DNA of 64,000 bases, taken from IMG/VR virus record IMGVR_UViG_3300028392_000054, positions 1-64,000 of that record; one strand, 5' to 3'. The notes beneath the pieces were generated by a model. That model saw only the letters and a list, made by a program, of their open reading frames with translations. It was not told the DNA's origin and made no database searches. Each line of letters opens with the position of its first letter. Within the stretch, counting starts at the first letter, position 1. The position numbers and the translations under genes are program-made. This DNA comes from a virus. Positions 25,844 to 34,936 of the stretch are shown here, piece after piece.

Positions 25844-26306
25844 TATCTGTCTCCTTTAATCCGGTATAAGTACCGTGAAGTTTAATTAAATTAAGCTCTA
25901 CAGCAGCTGAGATAGTTGCTAACAATCCATTAAAAGTTAAATTGCTATAGAACTCTTTTAAAGTTGTGGAACTTGATTCTAACATACTTTCATCAACACC
26001 TGGGATTTTTAACATCTCTTTGCGGTGAGCTTCAAAAGAAAACTCAGCATTCATGTTTGCATAGATAGTTAAGAAAGGTAACAGCGCGTCGATATTAAAA
26101 AGTCGGTTATCAGAATCATCTTGTTCTTTTTCATGTCCTTCTTCACTAACGGGTGACAGATTAAAAACTCCAATATTTTTATTAGCATCAGAACCAACGG
26201 TATCGTATAAGTACCACCTAAACAAAGTTGTGACCGGTACTTGATGTATTTCTCCCACACCTTCTGGTTCAGGTATTGGCCAATCGGTCATTTTGCTTCT
26301 CCCCAC
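25836..26306 (-). CDS. Hypothetical protein
   Basis: ORF track; start probably MTDWP. Confidence 0.7.
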   Translation of the reverse strand: MGRSKMTDWPIPEPEGVGEIHQVPVTTLFRWYLYDTVGSDANKNIGVFNLSPVSEEGHEKEQDDSDNRLFNIDALLPFLTIYANMNAEFSFEAHRKEMLKIPGVDESMLESSSTTLKEFYSNLTFNGLLATISAAVELNLIKLHGTYTGLKETDNE

Positions 26307-28270
26307 TTATCAACAATTTTAATATCAGCAATTAATGGTACTTTTAACACTTGAATATCCTCCATAGCCTCACGCAGCTTTTCTGCTGTTTCTTCTGCCA
26401 GTTCTGCTGGTGTAGTAACTACCAATTCATCGTGAACAGTAAGTATTATCTTAGCCTCTTTTGGAATCATTGTCCAAGCACGTACCATGGCGATTTTAAT
26501 AATATCTGCGGCACTACCTTGAATCTTTGTGTTAAACGCTTGACGCTCAGCTCCTGCACGAAGTCCATTATCTCTTGACATAATTTCAGGAAGATAGCGA
26601 CGGCGTCCCGTAATAGTTTTGATATGTGCAACTGGTTTACCTGCACGAGTGGCTGAAATAACTTTGGAACGATAAGCAGAAATAGCAGGGAACTCTTTAG
26701 CAAACCTATCTAATAAGTCTTTAGCTTCAGTTTTAGAACAACCAATAGATGCGGCAATCTTATCTGGACCAACACCATATGCCATAGCTAACACAAGTAC
26801 TTTACCCGCTTTACGGTCTACGCCCATAGTGTCACCAATAGTGGTATAGATATCTTTACCCTCTAGATAGTTGTCCATCATAATCGGATCTTCCGAGAAA
26901 GACGCAATAACACGCGGCTCAATCTGTGAGTAGTCAGCCACAACTAATACTTGGCCCGGAGGTGCTGTAAACAAATTACGAATAGCTTTACCGTGTGCGG
27001 TATGAGGTGCTGGTACGTTCTGTAAGTTAGGGTTACGGCTTGAAAAACGGCCTGTCTCAGCTCCGTGCTGTACAAAGTCACCGTGTAATCGCCCGTTAAT
27101 TAAAAGGCTTTCCTTGGTCTCTGTACGAGTTTTTCCAGAAGTTGTGCGTTCAATATCTCCGCCTAAATATGGAATTACGTAAGTTGAAAGAAGCTTATTA
27201 TAGTCAGCGTATTCCAACATAGCTGTGACTAGTGGGTCTTTATCACGGTAAGGTTCTAGTGCCTCGGCTGATACTGAGTAATCTGACTGTGATAGGTCTG
27301 CGCCTTCTTTGTCTTTTTGACTACCTTTAGTCGTAAGAACTTTAGGCTTTAGCCCTCGTCCGCCGTCTTCTTTAGCGCCATACAGTAATACTTGTTTTTC
27401 TTGATTAGAATTAATATTAAACTCGCGACCGGCAGCTTTATAGATATTGGCTCGTGCCTCATCTACTTTAGCTTCTAAATCAATCTTTAATTGTTCTAGG
27501 GATACCGTATCAATAACTGCACCAGTTAATTTCATGTCGCATAAAACACGCAATACATCCATTTCTAATGCAAATACTCGGTTAAGGTCTGCGGCGTCTA
27601 ATTTAGGTACAAGCGACTTCCACAATAAAAAAGTGTACTTAGAGTCTAGATAAGCATATTTAGCTACAGTATTAAAGTCATAAACTTCAACTTCTTTACC
27701 AACACCTTTTTCCATCTCATACCCAAACTCGCGCTTAAGGCAGTCAGCAAGACCACACTTATTTTTATTGCGGTTGTCTGAGATAAATGAAGCAATCATA
27801 GTGTCGAAGTAAGGGCCGGCAGGAACGCGGCCACCGTAATACTTTGCAACTGATGTAAGGTCAAAAACTAAGTTATGGCCAATAGTAAGGACATCTGGGC
27901 TAAACATCAATGGCTCTAATGCCTTAAACACCTCAGCTGGATACAGCTGTTCTGGTGCGGGACCAAAAACTTTAGTGGCTTTCTTCGAGTCACGGCTGTA
28001 GTCGCTAGGTCTAAGGGTTAGCCCCTTTTCTTTGCGAACTTCGCCCTGACCGGTGAGCGGAAAAACTTCTTCAATAAAGTCGCCGTGTGGGTGGCCCATA
28101 GGGATGACGTCACAGCGTCCGTTAGTTGCAAATGTAATCCATAAGACTTCATTTACAGGAGTCATGCCTCGGCGTGGGCCTACGGTTTCAACGTCAAAGG
28201 CAAAGGCATCTTGAGTTAGGTAGTAATCTACCATCTCGGCAAGTTGTTCGGCAGTAGTAATAATATTCAT
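26288..28270 (-). CDS. polA: Family A DNA polymerase (3'-5' exo plus pol, no 5'-3' exo)
   Basis: FDVET, HNLVFD, TGRFSSRNPNLQN, DYSQIEPR, K....LA.AYG, QGSAADIIK, VHDE. Confidence 0.96.
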   Translation of the reverse strand: MNIITTAEQLAEMVDYYLTQDAFAFDVETVGPRRGMTPVNEVLWITFATNGRCDVIPMGHPHGDFIEEVFPLTGQGEVRKEKGLTLRPSDYSRDSKKATKVFGPAPEQLYPAEVFKALEPLMFSPDVLTIGHNLVFDLTSVAKYYGGRVPAGPYFDTMIASFISDNRNKNKCGLADCLKREFGYEMEKGVGKEVEVYDFNTVAKYAYLDSKYTFLLWKSLVPKLDAADLNRVFALEMDVLRVLCDMKLTGAVIDTVSLEQLKIDLEAKVDEARANIYKAAGREFNINSNQEKQVLLYGAKEDGGRGLKPKVLTTKGSQKDKEGADLSQSDYSVSAEALEPYRDKDPLVTAMLEYADYNKLLSTYVIPYLGGDIERTTSGKTRTETKESLLINGRLHGDFVQHGAETGRFSSRNPNLQNVPAPHTAHGKAIRNLFTAPPGQVLVVADYSQIEPRVIASFSEDPIMMDNYLEGKDIYTTIGDTMGVDRKAGKVLVLAMAYGVGPDKIAASIGCSKTEAKDLLDRFAKEFPAISAYRSKVISATRAGKPVAHIKTITGRRRYLPEIMSRDNGLRAGAERQAFNTKIQGSAADIIKIAMVRAWTMIPKEAKIILTVHDELVVTTPAELAEETAEKLREAMEDIQVLKVPLIADIKIVDKWGEAK

Positions 28271-28289
28271 AATATCTCCACAATAGCGT

Positions 28290-28320
28290 AATAGGCGGGG
28301 ATGTCAAGTCCCCGCCTATT
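28290..28320. terminator. Hairpin between ssb and polA
   Basis: AATAGGCGGGGA / TCCCCGCCTATT. Confidence 0.6.
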
Positions 28321-28330
28321 GCTATTGAAT

Positions 28331-28990
28331 CTAGATTAGCGAATCCGCGATTTCATCGAGCTCTTCAAAGGAGTGCTCTTTGATTAGTCCGCGGGTGTAA
28401 ACCTCTGAAGCACTGACAACTTTAGATGCAGCATCTGCATCTAGTTTCCAGTCTTCCTCTAGGTCGCGTTCCTTGATTGGAGATACGGTGTAAGAAGTCG
28501 ATGGACCCTTACCGATACGCACAATCGCCCAGTATCCCTTTGTAAGAGGACCCTGTGGTGAGTAGTGAGCTGCGTGCAAAGCCTGATATAGGCGTGCACC
28601 TGAAATTAGCATCTGACGCTGCATTCCAATTGGTGAGTTTAATGACACAACTGTAAAAGCGCGCTTGTTCTCCGGGCGGTCCTGGAGCTTGACGCAAAGT
28701 GGGCAATTAGCACCAATACAGACATACGAGCGCTTACCGCTTGTCTTCTGCTTTAGGAAGTGCTGCTTGTAAATAGCAAACGGGCCGTTCTCGTCAAGAA
28801 ACTTGAAGACCTGGTGCTGGTTTTCCTCAAACTTAACTTCCGTTGGAAATTCGCTTGAGACTGCAAGGCTTTCGGCAGCATCCCAACCAGACTGAACTGA
28901 TGTAGATGTTGCTGTGGCCTGTGATGGGCGGGCGTCGATGTCGTCGGCAAGGTAGCTAGCGGCATCTGGGGCATTATTGTTTAGGGGCAT
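28331..28990 (-). CDS. gp32-like single-stranded DNA-binding protein
   Basis: FKFLD..P..YKQH, YVC...CPLC, G.G.STSY; acidic C-terminus; adjacent to polA. Confidence 0.7.
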   Translation of the reverse strand: MPLNNNAPDAASYLADDIDARPSQATATSTSVQSGWDAAESLAVSSEFPTEVKFEENQHQVFKFLDENGPFAIYKQHFLKQKTSGKRSYVCIGANCPLCVKLQDRPENKRAFTVVSLNSPIGMQRQMLISGARLYQALHAAHYSPQGPLTKGYWAIVRIGKGPSTSYTVSPIKERDLEEDWKLDADAASKVVSASEVYTRGLIKEHSFEELDEIADSLI

Positions 28991-28997
28991 GTTTTCC

Positions 28998-29468
28998 TTA
29001 GTTGATTATTTTGTTTTCTTCTGCGCGGATTGATTCCCACGCCTCGGCTATCCTACTAGTAAGATTCCGGTGTATATTCCAGTCTATACGATCTGTGCCC
29101 AAAAGTCCAGCTTTTGCAAACAATTCAACTGTAATTTTTACCATTGCCTTACTATAAAGACGCCTTCCCTCATGCATCTTACCGTTCTTATCGGGTTTAG
29201 CCGGTAAGCGATAAGGTGACTGAGGAAGCTTTCCTCTATCCATCCATTGCCTAAGCGTAGGGATGGTTTTATTTAATGCTTTGGCTAATGAGCCTAACAT
29301 ATAAACTTCAATTTCTCTACCATTTGGTAAAGTTTTTAACACAAAATCTTTTTCCCAGTCTGTATCTAATGCAGGCATTTCTGGGGCCTCTTTACGCTTA
29401 CGTTTACTGCCGGGATAATAAACATCAAGCTCGCCAAACATATCGTCAATAAAATCTTTTTCACTCAT
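28998..29468 (-). CDS. MerR-like HTH DNA-binding protein
   Basis: LGSLAKALNKTIPTLRQW...P..PYR...RRLYS. Confidence 0.7.
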   Translation of the reverse strand: MSEKDFIDDMFGELDVYYPGSKRKRKEAPEMPALDTDWEKDFVLKTLPNGREIEVYMLGSLAKALNKTIPTLRQWMDRGKLPQSPYRLPAKPDKNGKMHEGRRLYSKAMVKITVELFAKAGLLGTDRIDWNIHRNLTSRIAEAWESIRAEENKIIN

Positions 29469-29641
29469 TAGTCGTGAACCTCACAGTGCAAAATAGCTTC
29501 ATTCTCAGTTGTATATAAATCCCAACATGATTTAGGTTTATCTTCTTTAATTAAAAAATAGCCGTATAGTAAAGAACCAAGCATAGCTAAAATTATTCCC
29601 GCAATTGCAATAATTTCTTTTTTAGTTATGCGTTGATTCAT
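29468..29641 (-). CDS. Small TM protein (not in ORF track)
   Basis: IIAIAGIILAMLGSLLYGYFLI followed by CWDLY. Confidence 0.55.
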   Translation of the reverse strand: MNQRITKKEIIAIAGIILAMLGSLLYGYFLIKEDKPKSCWDLYTTENEAILHCEVHD

Positions 29642-30123
29642 GAGTTAACTCCTTTAAAAATTACTATAGCACTTGGAAAAGGTGCTGAACTATTTTTTAC
29701 AAACCCTGGTTGTTCAAACTTTAGTCTGCCTTTTAAAAACCTTATCTCACCTTTAATAGCATAATCATGCCACCAAGCGGTATCGGTTCTAGCGGGTACT
29801 AAACAAACTACAGTAGCACCTTTTTGAGATTCTTCAAATGCTTTTTTCATCCATTGCCCAATAGTACGACCATAAGGCGGGTTCATCCATACGATGCCCG
29901 CCCAGTCCTGCACTAGCGCATCAATTTTTTCATTAAAATAAACATTTACTTTAAAGTTGTGTGCGCTAGCACAGGCATCCAGGGTAAAACTAAATTCATC
30001 GTTTAACTCGTCAAACAATGCTTGAGGCGTACCCCAATCATCAGTTGCACTAGAGTATAAACCAGAATTTATTTGGCTAATTGGTTTCTCCCTTGATAAG
30101 AGCAATAACTTCATCCACTGCAT
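29638..30123 (-). CDS. Phage DNA N6-adenine methyltransferase
   Basis: DDWGTPQ, FTLDACA, WMNPPY, LVPARTDTAWWH, GRLKF, APFPS; start uncertain. Confidence 0.9.
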   Translation of the reverse strand: MQWMKLLLLSREKPISQINSGLYSSATDDWGTPQALFDELNDEFSFTLDACASAHNFKVNVYFNEKIDALVQDWAGIVWMNPPYGRTIGQWMKKAFEESQKGATVVCLVPARTDTAWWHDYAIKGEIRFLKGRLKFEQPGFVKNSSAPFPSAIVIFKGVNS

Positions 30124-30313
30124 CTAAAAAGATTTGGTCAAAGTTGTGTTGATTTTCTAGCAGCTTAACGATGCGCTCACGTTCTGCAAAAGCACCTTCT
30201 TCTTGACCTATAGCAAGTCCTTCGGCGCGGCCTCTGTTAAACCCGTGCATAAAGTCTTTAATTTCGTCAGGAAGTTCGTGTAGTTCTGCGTCTAAATCTG
30301 ACATGCGTCCCAT
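30077..30313 (-). CDS. Hypothetical protein
   Basis: MGRMSDLD...AERERIVKLLE; coupled start. Confidence 0.65.
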   Translation of the reverse strand: MGRMSDLDAELHELPDEIKDFMHGFNRGRAEGLAIGQEEGAFAERERIVKLLENQHNFDQIFLDAVDEVIALIKGETN

Positions 30314-30750
30314 TAGTTTTTCTCCAATATTAGTGCCCATGTAACCTTTTCAGGAAACATAGTTTCAATGTCTTCGTCGGTTAGCTTACCATCATAGTAT
30401 GCAGCCATGACAGCATCTTGGTCAAGTACGGTAATTGTTTTAGTTACTGAATCAAACAAACCTTTTTCCTTTAATAAGTTATCGGCCTTGTCTTCATCAA
30501 ACACTTTAGAAACACGGCGTTGTTTTATTACGCTACCCGTGTTGCTGACATGATCGTTAATAGGAAGTACTAGGCTTCCCTTTTCGTTAGTCTCTCCGAT
30601 TTCTTCAATAACAGCAAGAATACGTTTTCTGAGAGTGCCCACGCGGGCTTCAATAGCAGTAACTTCTTCCTTTAGGAATACGTACTGCTGAACTTCTTTA
30701 CGGATTTCTTCCAAACTTGGGTCTGGAATTGAATCATTATTAATTGGCAT
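30313..30750 (-). CDS. Hypothetical protein
   Basis: GAGG SD; coiled-coil N-terminus. Confidence 0.75.
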   Translation of the reverse strand: MPINNDSIPDPSLEEIRKEVQQYVFLKEEVTAIEARVGTLRKRILAVIEEIGETNEKGSLVLPINDHVSNTGSVIKQRRVSKVFDEDKADNLLKEKGLFDSVTKTITVLDQDAVMAAYYDGKLTDEDIETMFPEKVTWALILEKN

Positions 30751-30811
30751 TTATACCTCTTAGTCTAACCCCCGTGGGGGATGCTATGTCTTAGCTGTAT
30801 AAATCTAAACC

Positions 30812-30976
30812 CTACTCAGCGACTTTGTCAAGTCCTTCAGCAATAAATTTTTCCATAGCTTCTAGAAGAATGCTAGTAACGGTTACACCCTGCTTAGCGG
30901 CTTCTTTTTGTACGGCTAGCCATAGGGCGTCAGGCACACGGATAGTGCGTGTTGGGGTTTTAGGTGCGTTAGGCAT
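30812..30976 (-). CDS. Ribbon-helix-helix protein (not in ORF track), probably leaderless
   Basis: MPNAPKTPTRTIRVPDALWLAVQKEAAKQGVTVTSIL. Confidence 0.75.
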   Translation of the reverse strand: MPNAPKTPTRTIRVPDALWLAVQKEAAKQGVTVTSILLEAMEKFIAEGLDKVAE

Positions 30977-30998
30977 ACCTATAGTTTACCATAAAAAG

Positions 30999-31069
30999 CT
31001 GGTTCTGTAGGAGTCGAACCTACGCCTGCGGTGTTGGAGACCGCCGTGCTACCGTAACACTTAGAACCA
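30999..31069 (-). tRNA. trnW: tRNA-Trp (CCA anticodon); 3' CCA not encoded
   Basis: TGGTTCT/AGAACCA acceptor stem, GCGGT-CTCCAAC-ACCGC anticodon arm, GTAGG-TTCGACT-CCTAC T arm. Confidence 0.92.
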
Positions 31070-31082
31070 TAGCCATCATAGT

Positions 31083-31634
31083 TTACTTGATATCAATGAC
31101 TTTTGGCTTCTTTTCATCAGGGATATTCTTAAACAACTTGACTGACAAAAGCCCGTTTTCTACCTTGGCTGATTCTACTTCGTAAAATTCAGCAAGGGCA
31201 AAAGTGAGCTTAAAATCGCGTCCAGCGATACCGTTGTGAACGAGTTCGCCTTCTTGTTCTTTGTCTTTCTTTTTACCTTCAATTTTCAACGCCTGTTCTT
31301 CTACTGTGATTGATAGTTCTTTCTTATCGAAACCAGCAACAGCTACATTGATGACTGTGGTATCGTCTTTGTGGTCAATAATGTCATAAGGCGGATAACT
31401 TGCCTTAGCATTTGACAACTCTTTAAGCTGCTCTAGCAGCGGGGACCAGCCAATAGACCAGCGGTCTAGGCTTGGAAATAGGTCATTGATGGTAATAACC
31501 TTTGGGGCAGGCGGTTTCTGCCATTTCTTATAAATATCCGCAGGGTCATGCGGATTTGGAATTGCTTTACCATATGGGTCATATGGATTGTTGTGTTTAT
31601 CCCACGGGTCTGGGAATTGATCACGTATTTTCAT
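31083..31634 (-). CDS. Hsp20 small heat shock protein
   Basis: YPPYDI, AVAGF, HNGIAGRDF, A.VENGLL.V, IPDEKKPKVIDI. Confidence 0.92.
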   Translation of the reverse strand: MKIRDQFPDPWDKHNNPYDPYGKAIPNPHDPADIYKKWQKPPAPKVITINDLFPSLDRWSIGWSPLLEQLKELSNAKASYPPYDIIDHKDDTTVINVAVAGFDKKELSITVEEQALKIEGKKKDKEQEGELVHNGIAGRDFKLTFALAEFYEVESAKVENGLLSVKLFKNIPDEKKPKVIDIK

Positions 31635-31768
31635 GTTGTCTCCTTAGACGACAACTGTGCCTTGGTACATTTACTGCCCGTAGCACAGTATTTATTTACG
31701 GTACCCAATTGGCGTACCTATATAGATTTTAACAGAATCTATACAAGTTGTCTATACATGTATATAGG

Positions 31769-32011
31769 TTATTTTTTAGGAAAACATTTAGGACATAATT
31801 GGTTATCTAAACCTGGCCCTACTACAGCAGCTGCTTTGTCACGAGTCAATTTACCGCCAGGATGGGAATATTTGGTGGGTTCGTGTACATCACCTAATTT
31901 AGTACATTTAGTAGAGGTATCTCCAGTGACTAGGTGTAAAGACCTTCCTCTACCCATAGGCGCTATACCAAAAGTTTCTCCACCGTGAAAATCTGCATTA
32001 TTTCTAGTCAT
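31769..32011 (-). CDS. Small hypothetical protein (RNNADF N-terminus, CPKC)
   Basis: ORF track; TGATAAAAT just upstream. Confidence 0.6.
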   Translation of the reverse strand: MTRNNADFHGGETFGIAPMGRGRSLHLVTGDTSTKCTKLGDVHEPTKYSHPGGKLTRDKAAAVVGPGLDNQLCPKCFPKK

Positions 32012-32032
32012 GTGAATATTTTATCAGTTTAG

Positions 32033-32105
32033 AGCCCCCAACAGGACTTGAACCCGTCACCTACGCATTACAAGTGCGTCGCTCTACCAGATGAGCTATA
32101 GGGGC
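32033..32105 (-). tRNA. trnT: tRNA-Thr (TGT anticodon); 3' CCA not encoded
   Basis: GCCCCTA/TGGGGGC acceptor stem, GCTC/GAGC D arm, ACGCA-CTTGTAA-TGCGT anticodon arm, ACGGG-TTCAAGT-CCTGT T arm. Confidence 0.92.
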
Positions 32106-32108
32106 AAA

Positions 32109-32142
32109 GTGGGCCGGAGAGTGAGAGGCACATCCGGCCCAC
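32109..32142 (-). terminator. Hairpin after the NlpC/P60 gene
   Basis: GTGGGCCGGA...TCCGGCCCAC. Confidence 0.55.
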
Positions 32143-32149
32143 AATTAGT

Positions 32150-32677
32150 TTACAGTGTTTTTACTATACGGACAAATCGGATTTGCCCGCTTTTGTAATC
32201 TGTAAGCGGTTGAATTATCGTGGCATGAGCTCCACGATGTGCATTAATTATTTTTCCATTTCCAATGTAAATGGCGGCGTGATAGAAGTCTGTGCTGCCA
32301 TTGTAGGCAAACAAGACAATGTCTCCAAGCTTTGGCTTTGAGACTCTAGTTCCAATATGCCCTTGGGCATTTGCCGAGTGCGGTAGTTCTATACCGAATC
32401 GTTCATAGGCCCAGCGTACTAGACCTGAACAGTCCCATCCACGGGGACTGGCACCTGAAAACACATAAGATGTGCGTCCTACGCGAGTTTTCAGATACTT
32501 AACTACATTCCTCATTTGAGCAGTATTGCGGTGTGCTTTAGCTGTCTCAATTAAGGTTAATGGTTTAACTTGGTGTTGCTTTGTTTCTTGTGTAATTTGA
32601 GCTACAGCTGTTGCTGTAGAGGCGGAACAACCAGCAAGTGTTACAAGTATGCTGGCTATAATTACGTACTTTTTCAT
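32150..32677 (-). CDS. NlpC/P60 cell-wall peptidase, lipoprotein-type signal
   Basis: LAGC lipobox; YVFSG...WDCSGLV, GDIVLF, HAAIYIGNGKIINA. Confidence 0.92.
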   Translation of the reverse strand: MKKYVIIASILVTLAGCSASTATAVAQITQETKQHQVKPLTLIETAKAHRNTAQMRNVVKYLKTRVGRTSYVFSGASPRGWDCSGLVRWAYERFGIELPHSANAQGHIGTRVSKPKLGDIVLFAYNGSTDFYHAAIYIGNGKIINAHRGAHATIIQPLTDYKSGQIRFVRIVKTL

Positions 32678-32923
32678 TTGGCGACCTTACCTTTCATTGC
32701 TTTAGTACTGGGGTCGTTTATTGTCGAAGTGACACTATATTCAGTTATAGGTAAGACCATAGCATAGAAATACGGAGCCAAACAACGTTTAGCCAAAAAA
32801 ACACACCTGGCTAGTAGATAATGGAATTGACCCTATTTGTCAAATTAATCGCGCAGTTACCTGCTTAAAACACGCGTTTCTATACCTAAACTCCCCTATA
32901 AATCTTTAGTTTAGAAAATTATT

Positions 32924-33220
32924 ATGAAACTTTTTGGCAATGTAATGTTGCGTGTACTTGCAACATTTGTCGCCTCAGCACTGGGCGTAATCGGTGCGGG
33001 TACAGTCGCCGGCTCTATGAGCGGTATCCAAATTCCTATTTGGTTTAGCGCTGTAATGGGCGGTGTAATGGCCGTAGCTAAAGTAGTTGAACTGCTTGCT
33101 TTGGCTTTCTTAGAAGATGGAAAGCTTACCCTAAATGAAATTAATGCTGCTTTCCAGCAAACCGTATCTTTAAAAAATGTCGAAAATGAAAAGGAAAAAA
33201 CCAATGAAAAAAATGCGTAA
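32924..33220 (+). CDS. Two-TM holin-like membrane protein
   Basis: Two hydrophobic helices followed by DGKLTLNEINAAF. Confidence 0.6.
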   Translation: MKLFGNVMLRVLATFVASALGVIGAGTVAGSMSGIQIPIWFSAVMGGVMAVAKVVELLALAFLEDGKLTLNEINAAFQQTVSLKNVENEKEKTNEKNA

Positions 33221-34670
33221 GTTCTCTACTTTATTTGTAGCCGCAACTTCACTATTTCTTATGTTTGGGTTGTCTAGCCCCGCTATGGCTGATAGCACAA
33301 CTGACTATAACCAAAAAGTTGCTGAGGCACAGGCAAAGGTACAAGACCTTCAGAATCAGTTATCCAACGCACAAGCTAACCTTGATAGTTGGACTAACTC
33401 GTCTAACTCTCAGGCTGACCTTATTAACTCTGCCCAGACTGCCGCTACTGAAGCAAAAGATGCTTTAGAGGCTGCTGTGTCCGATTACAACAGTAAAAAG
33501 TCTGACTATGATGTGGCTTTTGCTGATGTTCAGGCTGCTGAAGTAGTAGTCGCTCAGGCAGTGGCCGCAGTAAATGCTGCTGCTGATGTAGTGGACTCTA
33601 CCTATAATTCTTACGCAGTAACCCAGCAGAACGCTGATAACGCTCAGGCTGTTATGAATCAAGCACAAAATGATTATGACACCAAGTTAATTACCGAGGG
33701 TGGTAGCGTTAAAAATGCCGCTGGTTTGGTTGTTGATGTTTACACAGGCATTAACCGTTACGGAAACCCTCCACAAAAATCAGACACTGCTTACACCAAA
33801 TGTAAGACAACTACTGTAGCCAACATTGACGCCAACTGGGGTGGCGGTGACATTCTAGGTTGTGGTTCTGATTACATCATGCTTCACTACAAGGGTTACA
33901 TTACCTACCCAACAACAACTAAAGTTTACTTCCAGGCCCCTGCTGATGATGGTTTCTATATGCAAATTGGCGGAACTCAGGTAATCAACGACTGGTCGCT
34001 AAAAGGCTGTGGAGCAAACTCTACAGGCATGTTCTCCTTTACAGGTGGAAAGTCTTACGCTATTGACGCTTGGTTCTATGAGTGGGGTGGCGGTGCTTGT
34101 TCTAGTTTAAACTACAAACCTCTAGGCGGTAGTTCTTATGCAGTAGCCCCAGCGTCATTCTTCACACAGGGCGCAGTAGCCAACTTGGTTAAAAACCCAG
34201 CACTGCTTGCTGTACTAAACGCTAAGACCGCTCTTTATGTTCAGGCAGTAGCCGCTGAAGAGCAGGCAAATGTGGTTTACAGCAATGCTTGTGATGATTA
34301 TGACGGCAAACAAGCAGCCTATGGATACGCTGGAAGTTCGTTAGCAAATAAGCACACTATTTTAGTTCCACTAGAGTACGTCATGAGTAACGCCGAATCT
34401 AACTGGCAAAACAGAAGTGATGACAAAGTAGTCGCTGATGCCAACTTGCGTGACCTAAAAGCCGAGTACAGTAGCACATTTGCTGCTATTGAGTCTGCGG
34501 TACAACAGGTAGACGACCTAGAAGCCAAAGTTGTTCAAGCAAAAGTAGACCTAGCAAACATTCCAAAGCCTACTGCTGCTGATAAGCGTAAACCAAAAAA
34601 GAATAACCCAAAGTATTTTGCTGATGGTGCGTACCTTCCTAGGCAAGCGTTTGTAATCAATTTAAAATAA
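33204..34670 (+). CDS. Secreted coiled-coil protein with central PA14 domain
   Basis: Signal peptide ending PAMA/D; IDANWGGG, YKGYI, ADDGF, DAWFYEWGGGA (PA14); start at MKKMR after AAGGA. Confidence 0.85.
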   Translation: MKKMRKFSTLFVAATSLFLMFGLSSPAMADSTTDYNQKVAEAQAKVQDLQNQLSNAQANLDSWTNSSNSQADLINSAQTAATEAKDALEAAVSDYNSKKSDYDVAFADVQAAEVVVAQAVAAVNAAADVVDSTYNSYAVTQQNADNAQAVMNQAQNDYDTKLITEGGSVKNAAGLVVDVYTGINRYGNPPQKSDTAYTKCKTTTVANIDANWGGGDILGCGSDYIMLHYKGYITYPTTTKVYFQAPADDGFYMQIGGTQVINDWSLKGCGANSTGMFSFTGGKSYAIDAWFYEWGGGACSSLNYKPLGGSSYAVAPASFFTQGAVANLVKNPALLAVLNAKTALYVQAVAAEEQANVVYSNACDDYDGKQAAYGYAGSSLANKHTILVPLEYVMSNAESNWQNRSDDKVVADANLRDLKAEYSSTFAAIESAVQQVDDLEAKVVQAKVDLANIPKPTAADKRKPKKNNPKYFADGAYLPRQAFVINLK

Positions 34671-34727
34671 TACCCCCAAAGGAATTTAACAACAATAATC
34701 CAGTTGCAGATATTCCATTGTTGGGGG
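34661..34727 (+). other. Candidate -1 programmed ribosomal frameshift signal
   Basis: T_TTA_AAA heptamer 34661-34667 immediately before TAA; 5-nt spacer; stem CCCCCAA/TTGGGGG plus GGAAT/ATTCC. Confidence 0.75.
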
Positions 34728-34936
34728 CAGCATTTCAAGGATTAGCTGATGCGTTTAACGCTTTAGGCAACATTGGTGCAGATTTACCTCCTGCTGTGCG
34801 AGCAAAAGCACAGAAAGTGGTTATTTCGGCCATTATTGTTACACAAGTAGCAACACAAGCTGCATCTATGGCTGCTCAAAGCGCAGCAAGTGCAGCATCA
34901 AGTTCATCAAGTTCTAGCCGAAGGAAAGAAAAATGA
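34661..34936 (+). CDS. -1 frame extension of the PA14 protein with hydrophobic anchor and basic tail
   Basis: Frame open from the slippery site: KIIPPKEFNNNNPVADIPLLGAAF...VVISAIIVTQVATQAASMAA...RRKEK. Confidence 0.7.
   Translation, partial: FKIIPPKEFNNNNPVADIPLLGAAFQGLADAFNALGNIGADLPPAVRAKAQKVVISAIIVTQVATQAASMAAQSAASAASSSSSSSRRKEK

Noticed and set aside
34668-34745. Stop-codon readthrough of the PA14 gene
   Set aside because: The zero frame after TAA hits TAG within about 25 codons and looks non-coding; the -1 frame is the open one.
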